A stretch of 64,000 nucleotides of DNA from Eukaryota sp. TZLM1-RC (Eukaryota; Protista; Metamonada: BaSk clade). The position numbers and the translations under genes are program-made. The stretch's first letter is position 1; each line of letters begins with the position of its first letter. The notes under the pieces are model-generated. The model was not told where the DNA came from. It saw only the letters and a program-made list of their open reading frames with translations, and did not search any database. Positions 22,901 to 31,006 of the stretch are shown one piece after another. The DNA is taken from NCBI GenBank assembly GCA_040285825.1, contig JAUPSS010000003.1, positions 1,674,001-1,738,000 of the forward strand. The letters run 5' to 3'.

Positions 22901-24445
22901 AAAGTTCATTTGTAATGTATTGACATACTGAGGATTACACTTTGATGGGTTTTGAAGGTAATTCTGAATCGTAACTGTCTTGGCTGTACCTGAATACCCC
23001 ACAAACAGCACAGGTTGATTCATTCCAATCATAGTTTCTAATAACCAAGTGCTTCTCACTGTATCAATAGTGGGCACTAGAATACGATTATACCTGAAAG
23101 GATTTGGGGGAACGTAAGCTTCAACTTTGGCTTTCCAAGGGATCCATTGATATAGATTTGTATCAAAAAAGTACTCAAACAGGGTACCTTCACCACTTGG
23201 TAGTGAACCAGAAGGACAGCCACCTATACCACATTGAGTAACAGAAAGTCCTGACATTTCCTTAATCAAACTGTCGAATTCTGACCGTGATGAGTTGTCC
23301 AAAACCGCACCCAATGACCAAATAAGAGAGAAAATAGCTATACTTTCCAAATGTCGGTCATCGTCAATTACCAATTCCTCCTTGTCGAGTAAAGCTTCCA
23401 TAAACTTGCAGAATTGAACAACAGAATTGAGATTGGTGACGGGTAGTATAGTCGTCCAAGGATCTTGAATACTACCATCAAAACAAATCCCTTCAAATAC
23501 TAAATCAACCAAAGGAACAACGTATTTCTTAAACATTTCCTTAATAATCCCTTGTTGAACCTCATTCTCTCTACTTCTGACCCACTTTTCAAAATAAGGA
23601 CTGTAGCGCAAGTCTTTGGGGTCTACGTACACCATACCACATCGAGAAACAGTAGCTGGGGAAGCATATGTGAGCGCACCCACTTCAAACAACAATTGAC
23701 AATGAGATGCCAGATAAATTCTTTCGTTATTAGGCAAGGTTAAAACCTTATTATCATCCATAACAGAGTTCATAGACTCAACCCAAACTGCATCCACATC
23801 CCCGTCAAAGAGAATATACTTCTTTTCTTTTCCAACCTTTTCAGGGGGTAATGGTTTATTAGCTGATCTAAAGGTATTTGAGAGTAACCCATTGGTCCAA
23901 TCTCTTGTTATAGGGTCTAATACACCATACAATTCATTGACTGTGACAGCTTTGGGGTTAATTGTGTAAACTTTAGTATTGATTCCTAGCAAGGTTTGGG
24001 CTTCCTTAAGAGCATTAATTACCACAGACTTGCCTCCTCCCGTTGAACCCACTACCATCGTACAATGGCGAGTGAGCATTGTTTCATAGAGTTGGATGAC
24101 CTTATCTATTTGGACGTCCACTAGATCATAGCCGTGTTGGGAGAGAACTTTTTCCACAGCGTCATTAAAGTCTGGGTAGCGAACTCTGGGGGCACTGATG
24201 TTGGGGAAAAGATCCTGGAGAAGAGCGGTTACAAGAGGAACGTCTTCATAGACGAATTTAGGTATGTTACAGTCCCAAAGAGCCTTCATCAGAAGAAGTT
24301 CTTCAGTGGCTTCTTGGGAAGCAGGTTCAGTGTCAGATGAAGATGACTTAGGTTCTGAAGTAGTAGACTCATCGTGAACCTCAAGTTGAGCATCATGTGT
24401 AGGTGTAGAAGGATTAGGCTCAGCTTCTGCAGTAGAAGCCGTCAT
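16925..24445 (-). CDS. DNAH10: Axonemal dynein heavy chain, DNAH10/I1-alpha type, C-terminal half only (end of AAA1 through AAA6, stalk, C-terminal domain; ~2506 aa)
   Basis: PRVRYPDFNDAVE and NAMGVGFVFEADL..SHWIL match DNAH10 as recalled. P-loops GSTGGGKS (AAA2), GYSGTAKT (AAA3), GVGGSGKQ (AAA4). First in-frame ATG at 24445. No tail, linker or AAA1 P-loop. Confidence 0.9.
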   Translation of the reverse strand: MTASTAEAEPNPSTPTHDAQLEVHDESTTSEPKSSSSDTEPASQEATEELLLMKALWDCNIPKFVYEDVPLVTALLQDLFPNISAPRVRYPDFNDAVEKVLSQHGYDLVDVQIDKVIQLYETMLTRHCTMVVGSTGGGKSVVINALKEAQTLLGINTKVYTINPKAVTVNELYGVLDPITRDWTNGLLSNTFRSANKPLPPEKVGKEKKYILFDGDVDAVWVESMNSVMDDNKVLTLPNNERIYLASHCQLLFEVGALTYASPATVSRCGMVYVDPKDLRYSPYFEKWVRSRENEVQQGIIKEMFKKYVVPLVDLVFEGICFDGSIQDPWTTILPVTNLNSVVQFCKFMEALLDKEELVIDDDRHLESIAIFSLIWSLGAVLDNSSRSEFDSLIKEMSGLSVTQCGIGGCPSGSLPSGEGTLFEYFFDTNLYQWIPWKAKVEAYVPPNPFRYNRILVPTIDTVRSTWLLETMIGMNQPVLFVGYSGTAKTVTIQNYLQNPSKCNPQYVNTLQMNFSSRTSSMDVQSLIEENVDKRSAAVFGPPKGKKLLFFVDDVNMPTIDIYGTQQSIALMKLLIEKQGFFHREEPFNWKSIRDLSYVCAMVPPCAGRNPIDARFVSLFSVFNITFPSDNALSHIFNSILNSYLKPFTEGIQSIGKLLPEKTLSLYKHIEKNLPATPSKFHYVFNLRDLSRVFEGICLATVDKFSDSNQFARLWRHECLRVFHDRLINENDKNLVNSKISELVEELPGIDSSLVTADPVIFGDFKEVLKRLDDEEAIELYEDLTDYSTIKPIIEAVLEDFSSKNRDSKMNLVMFNDALEHLTRIIRVLKIPRGNCLLVGVGGSGKQSLARLAAYIVGFEVFSITLSRGYGESEFRENIKTLYYKLGIENKSMVFLFTDAHVVNDSFLDILNSMLTTGMVPALYADDEKAQLIDSVRGEVRLHGLLDTKDSCWNYFVNKCRDNLHIVLAMSPAGDTLRKRCRNFPGLVSNTVLDWFTPWPRDALQSVASVFFDTIDVEEDLLPSIVNHAVFVHCSVTKASEKFQETLRRYAYVTPKNYLDYLSKYKSLLSEKRAQSDEMIDRFGIGLGRLVSAAEEVDKLQRQLVVSKKEVESKTTEVNALLAQIEEGTKEANIKKEHTETKSAELAVAFEKITLDKAEAEQALEAAIPALTAAAEALDCIARQDLQEIKSMPAPPPVVLSVMECVALLVNHKDISWKGIKAMMGPSFLYDLVNIDKDNLLDSQVRKVNKYYKMAGFNEEAISSVSYAAGKLFVWVDGMVDYHKIYKDVEPRKKAVEAAEKSLVQATNDLEKTKQQLEELSTQLASLDEQFSQARGEQKQLKDLADLQERQLNAAKKLIDGLGSERDRWGVKIQELKENRVNLIGDCLLTAAFLSYSGPFNFDFRSNLLERWTNDLRQAKIPVSTPFKLEEHLTDDVEVTKWNKESLPKDELSVQNAILTTRGSRWPLLIDPQMQAVKWIKAREDKLKISSFSDPNFIRDLEQAINFGFPFMFENIDEYVDPVINPLLEQNYFKQNNQEFVNFNDKVLPVSPDFKLYMTTKLSNPHYSPEVQGKVLLINFTVTEKGLSEQLLNEVIAFERSDLSTQRNKLVIEMSEMKSTLQELEDSLLRELVNSEGDILSNTDLIQTLEEAKKNAIAVAQSLEQSKVTSDQISEACSIYLPVAVRGSILFFVMSSMSIISSMYEYSLEAFLEVFRESLAQAPTALGTLTRIENIIDTLTSNIYTYTCLGLFGSHKLLFSFEMTNKILKNDGKLPNGYLEFFLTGNVSLSDPESPLPENVKDFINPQAWKDLEFLAKFDAFSSIQHDVTSNPNEWRSWVLHGQPESVPLPDPFGSVDSFSLLMVLRCVRQDRIMIAISKFIVENLGETYVKPPVLEYHSVYKQSTAFSPIVFILSPGADPASEIEKLAKKLGFVQNGKYKSLSLGQGQEDPALQLLTMGASRGHWVVLQNCHLLGDWLRELEATIQTIPKFHAEFRLWLTTEPSDKFPMGILQRSLKVVTEPPNSLALNLTSTFARLSPDSLEQCRHPAFKPLLFVLAFFHAVVQERRKYGKIGFNVPYDFNESDFLTSMEMLSTYLNKAYDNGEQQIPWESLRYLVGEVFYGGRCSDDWDRRVILSYLEEYMGDFLFDTFQPFSFFADDSFAYTIPKDHNYSSFVNYINSIPMFNSPELFGLHPNTEIQFYTLSARELWRQMIELQPRTQASGQETSREDYVASIAKGIKEKLANNEEFDVPKIRKALGKDVPPLSIVLLQELERFNNLVSQIDTSLTNLLRGIAGEIGMSAELDELANSLLNGALPSIWKVHAPATEKNLANWLEHLQSRYEQYHSWVHDGVPKVVWLAGLHVPESFISALVQTTCRKYGWPLDKSKLYTRVTSYTSADEVPEALEDGCYVSGLYLEGAHWDLEKGHLCPQIPGKLISPLPILQIIPIEQSRLKVFSSFKTPVYVTQERKNAMGVGFVFEADLTTVDHDSHWILSGCCLLLNII

Positions 24446-24822
24446 AATGGAGGTAAACTCGTTCAAGTAACAACAGTTTTGGTAATTATTGGAGTTGCCC
24501 AATTTGACAATTGATTTTGTTGTAGAGTAAAACCTCTCCAATTGAAATCTAGCGGTGAACCACAATCTAAATACTTGCAAATGCCTCTTCCGAAAGCGTT
24601 TGACACCGTGACTTTTTTCAATTTTTGAAAACAAAAGTTGCAAACTTGCAATATTTCAATTTTGTTGTTGAATAATTGTAGAGCTATAATTTAATTGCTA
24701 ACTACCGCAACACGAAAATACATTCATATATCTTTATTCAAGACAAATATTTACAAGTGAAGATATTGTGAAGAAGATTCTTATCAAGAATCTCTTTTTT
24801 AATATGAAATTTATTTTCAACG

Positions 24823-26390
24823 CTAACAAAACATTAAACAAAAAAAGTAGAACTCAATATCCTCAATACACGCATCAACATCATCAAATCTTTTAAGCGC
24901 GCGATTTTCATACTCTATTCCTAATTGTAACAGTGCTTTGGTCAACATTTCTGGAATTGCTTTAAGAATACTAAAAACAATTTTTAAATTTATTGAATTT
25001 GCACACTTAATCAAATTAACTCATAGCTAATGGGACGACTATCATTGAACCAAGATTTCCTCTACAAAATCTTGATCTGCTTGCTGTCTAGCTAAAGCAA
25101 AAACAATTCTATTGTGCCAGAAATTGAAGTTCAATTCTTTTCCTGCTCTTTCTTTTATTAAACTTCTGAAACCTTCGAGAAATTTAATGCCAGATATTCC
25201 AATGTTACCAAAAAGAGAAACAGCAAATGGAACCAGCTGATACTTGACATGCTCAACACATCCTAGCTGAGATAAGGGTTCATTATACTTTTTGATTTTG
25301 TTCTTTTCAGCAAAGCAAAGTGGAGTTTCATTTTTTTAGCAAAATCAATTGCTGAGTCTTCACAAACATCAACAGTGACAACATCAACAACTTTGATCAC
25401 ACCATCAGACCCATTGGTAATTAAATCAGCACGGCGTTTTCCCAAAAGTATTTTCATCTTCATTTTCACATGACAACCTTCGCACAAGTGGTTCAACAAA
25501 AGCTTCAATGTGATGACTTTTGCACATAGCGTATAGTTGGTCTCTAACAGCATCGTGAACAACTGAGCGATATGTAATATTGAATTTGCAATTAAATAAA
25601 TGATTCAGATTGATGAGCTGACCACAACGACCAATCAAATCATGAGCACACTACATGGCCACAGAAAACACCTCATCCTGAAGGCAGTTGTCCATTGATG
25701 ATCATTTAATAATAAACCATATACATTTGGAATCTAGGAAATGAGACAACTTGAGCTACTTTCCTTAAGATCAATTAAAAAGTTTGCAAAAACGGGATTC
25801 TTTTCTTTAGCCAAGCTAAGACGAACAGTGAAATCCAAGTTTTCAAATACTTTTAATATCTTTTTCTGCAATCTAGCATATGCAAATTTCAAGGAAATCA
25901 AGCTCCTGGGTGGAATTTTTTGAATATCTGCAGGAAAGCATTTGGACCATATGTGAGGAGAGATGCATTCAATTTCATTCTGCAAGGACACTAAATAGTC
26001 ACTAACACAATATTCTATTAAATGTTGGTTTTCAGGAAAACGTTTCAAAAATTCAAAAACCAAATTTTTGCCTCCACCGATAAATGCAGCTTTACACAAA
26101 TATGTAGATTTGTGAAAATCCAGGCCTCCCAATTCTGTGCTACAAAAAATATGACTGCGTAAATAAGAAGAATCAATGTCATGCAAATTAGCCAAAAGTT
26201 TTGTTCTTAATTCATTGAAAATTCTGCAAAATTCGAGAGATATAGATGGTGATGTTGATGGTAGGATATAAGTAAATTTCTCCGAATAACAAATTCTGAG
26301 GAAGAAAAATTTAAGATGTTTTTCAATATTTAAATCTGAAAGAACAATCAATTCCTCTTCAAAATTATCCAAATTATCAAAAATCTAGAC
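24823..26390 (-). mobile_element. RLE retrotransposon family D, decayed, interrupted by a family A 3' unit
   Basis: GGLDF..GGGKN, HLFNC..HDAVRD, RRADL..DVV, WHNRIVF|SILKA restored across the insertion. Confidence 0.88.
24983..25098 (-). mobile_element. Minimal 3'-end copy of family A with 10-bp TSD
   Basis: AAAAACAATT at 24973-24982 and 25099-25108. Confidence 0.9.
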
Positions 26391-26646
26391 ATACTTATAT
26401 ATATTTCACCTTCTCGAAATTTTACACAACACAAAGTTTTAGAATTTTGTGAAATAATTATGTAACACTTGCAATGATATTGATATAATTCAATTGCATT
26501 GTGCTGATTGTTCATAATTCAACTGAGGATAACAATTCATTTGTCAAAGGTTTAAACTAAGTATTCATTTTTTAACTAAATTAATTCATTTTTTGTGAGA
26601 CGTTTGGAAATATTCAATATATGAAATTCCTCTATATTCAAAACAG

Positions 26647-27015
26647 TTAAGGTCGATGACGTCTTAGCATCTTTCCTTCTTCAAACATTATTTTTTCCTC
26701 AACTTCAGCCTCAAAATCATGGATATCGCTCCCTATTACATCATCTTCATGCAAGAGGACTTCCACATCTCTATCCAGTGGTATCTCTATTCCCAATCGG
26801 TGTAATTCTTTGATATTCTTGGTATCAGATTCAACTTGGTGCATTCTTTTAAGTACCCTTTCTGCCTTGATCAGATTTTCAGCATGTTTTCTACTATTTT
26901 TAGTATCATGTTCTATAAATGAACGTGCTAGTTTCGATTCATAACTTTGAACATCTGCTTCTATTTCTTGTTCTTTGAGTTTAATGCGGGACAGAATGTC
27001 GTCTACAGGTTCCAT
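26647..27015 (-). CDS. Small coiled-coil protein of unknown function (weak ESCRT-III-like appearance)
   Basis: 122-aa charged helical ORF with ATG start. Confidence 0.55.
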   Translation of the reverse strand: MEPVDDILSRIKLKEQEIEADVQSYESKLARSFIEHDTKNSRKHAENLIKAERVLKRMHQVESDTKNIKELHRLGIEIPLDRDVEVLLHEDDVIGSDIHDFEAEVEEKIMFEEGKMLRRHRP

Positions 27016-27160
27016 AGAGTTGGGGTGTAGAATAAGTTAGTAAAAGAGTATCTGTTTATAATTTGTCTTACCAAACCATGTTGGTGTAATTTGAAATAAA
27101 AAACACCGAATAGATAAATCAAAACTAATATTCAATTAGAAACTTTATAAATACAATACA

Positions 27161-28471
27161 TTATAAGTTTGATGCAAATTCTGATTCAAAATCTCTATTA
27201 AATGTACCCATTATCTCATCAGAAAGTCTTGAATAATTAGAAAACACCAACGACGCTCCGGCTGTGGTTGTAAAGTAACTCTCACTCCAGTTTGATGTTC
27301 CAATGAAAACATTTTGATCAGTTACCATATACTTGGCATGATTAACTCTTGTGTATGGGATTTTCTCCTCCACATCAGGAACTTCAAAGAGCTTAACCTC
27401 AATATTAGGAATGACATTGAGAGAATGAAGCCAGGGATAAACTATGTCTTTCGTCTCGGACCATTTACTGACAAGCAACCTGACTGCTACCCCTCGTTCT
27501 ACGGCTGCTCTTCTCAATGCAACATCAATGTCCATCCATAAGGTAGGCTTGCCGTCTTTAGTGTATGTGTTTAGAGGTAAGTACTCCATGACAGAGATGT
27601 AACAAAACTCATCTGCCGTGTCTATTACTCTTAAAATGGACTCTAGATCATCTTCCCTTCGTCTAGCTGGTAGTGAGGGAGGAGCTGCTGAAATAAACAC
27701 CTTGTTATCAGTCGTTCCATTAACTAATGATGAATAGCAGAAAGGATTTTCTGAATGATATAAAGTTGCAAAATGACGTCTATCAGAAGGCAGTTTCTGG
27801 TTCAATCCCATAAAAACATATTGATCAAAGATCTGAAGTAGATCTTTTGCCATTTCAGGTGAATTCTCTATTAAAACGCCCAATTCTTTGACATGCAAAA
27901 GGCTACGCCAATCACAGTTAGCTGAACCTAAATAAAAGTGCTGTTCATCTGCTATAAAGAACTTTGTATGAAGAACACCGCCAGTGAGTTCAGGGAAATC
28001 AACATCAATCACTTTGGCACCTTTTTTAGATAAAGAAATGGTATCTTTGGCAGGCATGGACTTTGATGGTGTATTTTGGGCAACAGTAACCTCTACTCCT
28101 CTCTCCAGAGCCTTGACAATAGCGTTATAGACATCAATGCCTCTGGGACCATCGGAAAGGGTAACATAAAAGGCAGCAATAGAGAGCGTTTTATTGGCAG
28201 AATTGATGAGTCTCAACCAACCATCCACAGTTTCAATGGAGTACAAATGAGCATTTGGAAGATCAAATTGTTCTGGAATACTCTCTAGAATAGTGACACT
28301 CATGTTACTATCAATACATTCATGGGGTTTTTCAGTTGAAAGTGAGTTGACTATCACGTAGAAAGCACCAGAGAGGACAACGATAATAAGTAAAGCAACA
28401 ATAGAATAGAATAGACAGTTGTTCTTAGAATGAACAGGACCATCCAAAGGAAGATAGTTTTGTGACGACAT
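27161..28471 (-). CDS. PLD3: Phospholipase D3/D4-family 5' exonuclease, type II membrane protein
   Basis: N-terminal TM helix; HKD motifs VLHTKFFIAD and VNHAKYMVTD; GSANCDWRSL; IGTSNWS. Confidence 0.93.
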   Translation of the reverse strand: MSSQNYLPLDGPVHSKNNCLFYSIVALLIIVVLSGAFYVIVNSLSTEKPHECIDSNMSVTILESIPEQFDLPNAHLYSIETVDGWLRLINSANKTLSIAAFYVTLSDGPRGIDVYNAIVKALERGVEVTVAQNTPSKSMPAKDTISLSKKGAKVIDVDFPELTGGVLHTKFFIADEQHFYLGSANCDWRSLLHVKELGVLIENSPEMAKDLLQIFDQYVFMGLNQKLPSDRRHFATLYHSENPFCYSSLVNGTTDNKVFISAAPPSLPARRREDDLESILRVIDTADEFCYISVMEYLPLNTYTKDGKPTLWMDIDVALRRAAVERGVAVRLLVSKWSETKDIVYPWLHSLNVIPNIEVKLFEVPDVEEKIPYTRVNHAKYMVTDQNVFIGTSNWSESYFTTTAGASLVFSNYSRLSDEIMGTFNRDFESEFASNL

Positions 28472-28542
28472 CGGTTAACAGTACAAAAATGTCAAATAGT
28501 AGTAACCAGTTGAGATTACTGGAATATGAAGATGAAATGAAT
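28467..28542 (-). promoter_or_regulatory. Shared 5' leader/ATG cassette family 2 (PLD3 copy)
   Basis: 69/76 ungapped identity to 38944-39019, ending at ATGTC. Confidence 0.85.
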
Positions 28543-28671
28543 TAAAACTTGAATTGTGGATGATTTTTATGTTGAATTCAATTCCCCCAAACTCCCCCAA
28601 ACAATGTGCTATTGTGGATATAATCCCATTGCCCAACCTTTTGTTATGTCTCTTTCTGCTCACCGCATCAA

Positions 28672-28795
28672 TTCTGATGCTTTGCTTTCTTTTGGATCTG
28701 ACTATGAGAAAGTTGGAGCTAGTGTTGTTGTTTTGGAAGAGATGGATTTTTTAGATGTTGATTCATAGGTTTTTTTAAAAACAAATTAAAAAAAT
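28672..28795 (+). mobile_element. Retrotransposon family B extreme 3' end
   Basis: SDALLSFGSDYEKVGASVVVLEEMDFLDVD plus an A-rich tail. Confidence 0.8.
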
Positions 28796-28978
28796 ATACA
28801 CACCTTAAACATGTGGTCTGTGACATATTACAGTATGAATGGAGATGATGTTATGACATCATTGTGACTGATTGAAGTAGATGTCAGAAAATTGAAATTT
28901 GTTCATTATTTTGACTGGTTACCACACAGGTTAAAGTCTTAAAGCTGCGTTGTGTCAGAATCATCAAACATGCTGAAT

Positions 28979-29220
28979 CATGAATGAATCAAAACTTGAG
29001 GTTTTTCAATTCCTTTAAGATACTGATCTATTACATGAATCATATCAAGAACAGCATTGACATTACGATTCCATAGACATCCACACGTCTTGCAAGTGAG
29101 TAATCCATGTCTAAGGACCATTGGAGTCTTTACTCTCCGGTAAGGTCTTGGGTTAGGTAGTCGTTCTTTCTTTAAATTTTCGCCTTCTTTTCCATCGAGT
29201 ACACATGCATGACATTGGCA
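28979..29220 (-). pseudogene. Fanzor1 C-terminal remnant (not in the ORF track)
   Basis: Manual translation: CQCHAC...LPNPRPYRRVKTPMVLRHGLLTCKTCGCLWNRNVNAVLDMIH...GIEKPQVL. Confidence 0.85.
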
Positions 29221-29771
29221 ATTTGTTTATAGCACTTGGTGCTTGAAATTTTGTTCACAATTGATGCAGTCGCATACAGATATTACACAATTCAACACGA
29301 TATTGTTGTTTGTAATGCTGTAGAATGAGTTATTTGTACTTTTAGTTATTCACAAATTATGTTCAAAATGTTACTTCAAATTGCAGAATAATAAAAAATT
29401 GTAAAAACGAATTATCATGAGAAAATTAGGATCGATCTGTTCAACAGTTGACATTCAAAAAATTAATTGAACACTTGTTTATGCTATATACCGACTGTTG
29501 CTGACAAACATTTTGACACTAACATCCATTTTCATCTACGGTGAATGAAACTCCACAGGAAATTCACCAACATTTCTCCTATATTTTCAAATACATATAC
29601 CAATAGCGAGAAATTACTGAGCTGCAAACCAATGTTAGCAAAAAAAAGAGTCGTGTCTACATACCTTGTATTTTTTGCTTGCAATAGTGAGAATTCTAAA
29701 CTGAGCGACAATGATTTAAGCAAGCGTTCTAGAAGAAATAAGATCAATGATGGGGTCTATACAAAAACGAA

Positions 29772-30964
29772 CAGTGTTCGGAATGGACACGTGTTGACAC
29801 GGGACACCGCTCTACACGTGTTGAAAAGCTGTGTTCCCATCCCAACAAAATATTTTTCCTCCTCTCCTCAACTGTTCAATGTCGAATTTTTAGATTACGA
29901 GTATAGACAAGGATTCTACTGTAACTCTCTGATGTGGAATGAATGTGATAAAATGAGTCCTATGACATGGTGGAAGATCTACGGCTCTAGAGATGGAATG
30001 CTGCGTGATGTAGCTGTGAAAGTACTTGCTCAAGCCACATCAAGTGGTGCAGCAGCGAGTAACTGGAGTGTTCACTCAATTATCAGAACGAAGATAAGAA
30101 ACAGAATGAGTCCAAAGTTGTTGGATGACTTGGTCTTCTTATATGCAAACTTAAGACTGAAAAATCAGTTAGCCTGTGTCAATTCTTCAGAAGAAATTTT
30201 ACCCTGGGATGATGAATATCTTATTGCGGTTCCAGACCCTGATGGTGAAGACTCGATTGTACCACTTGAAAACTTTGTAGATCCTTGTTATTACGAAAAC
30301 CTTTAGTTTTGTTTCAATATGTTTATGTTTATGTTTATGTTTCTGCACCATAAAGTTGTATCAACAAATTTGTCGGATAAACACCTGGACACCTGTTGAT
30401 CAGCTTTGGACACATGTCGGATATGTGTTGACACATGTAAAGGATAAATCTTTTTTTTTAATTTTTTTTAAAAAATTTAATTTTATTCTAAACCTATAAA
30501 TCAACATCTAAAAAATCCATCTCTCCCAAAACAAAAACACTAGATGCAACTCTCTCATAGTGAGATCCAAGAGAAAGCAAAGCATCAGAAACCATCTTCA
30601 ACATCCCCTTAAAAATAGAAAACACAATTCTATTTTGCCAAAACAATCTGTTGAAATTTCTGCCAGTTCTTCTCTTTACAATCATTTCAAAATCATCCAA
30701 AACACGTAAAGCAGTTGGTGCAAGTGAACCAAAAAGGGAAAATACAAATGGATACAAATTGTATTTTGCATGCTGTAGACTGGCCAATTTGGACAAAGGT
30801 TCATTGTATTGGTATTTTTTGAATTTAAAATTTTCAGCATTTGAAAGGGGATTATGAATTTCAGAATTAACAAGCCTTTCATTTGAGGCATTACAAGGAT
30901 CAACAGACATTACATCCAATAAAATGAAGCTTCCATCTAATCCAGGTAATATGACTGAACACTG
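29772..30964 (+). mobile_element. Internally deleted hAT DNA transposon with TIRs and 8-bp TSD
   Basis: TIRs CAGTGTTCGG / CTGAACACTG; TSD AAAACGAA / AAAACGAG; subterminal GACAC(G/A)TGT repeats; hAT dimerization domain WWKIYG..VAVKVLAQATSS..NWS..RNRM..LVFLYANL. Confidence 0.85.
30450..30950 (-). mobile_element. Retrotransposon family B 3' end nested in the hAT element
   Basis: DVMSVDP..K.KKY..WQNRIVFS..MDFLDVDL plus an A-rich tail; near-identical to 40638-41020. Confidence 0.9.
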
Positions 30965-31006
30965 AAAACGAGTTTGATTTCCTTAGACTTTCCCAGGCAA
31001 GTCATT

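Noticed and set aside
17224-24340. Numerous 60-130 aa antisense or alternate-frame ORFs within dynein (and similar ones in other long genes)
   Set aside because: Shadow ORFs without motifs.
24446-24643. N-terminal 66 aa of the 2572-aa dynein ORF
   Set aside because: Starts at TTG and is non-homologous; treated as 5' flank. The same applies to the TTG/GTG extensions at 401, 30974, 38972, 48625 and 55508.
30319-30342. (ATGTTT)4 microsatellite
   Set aside because: Simple repeat in the hAT 3' region; no further evidence of function.
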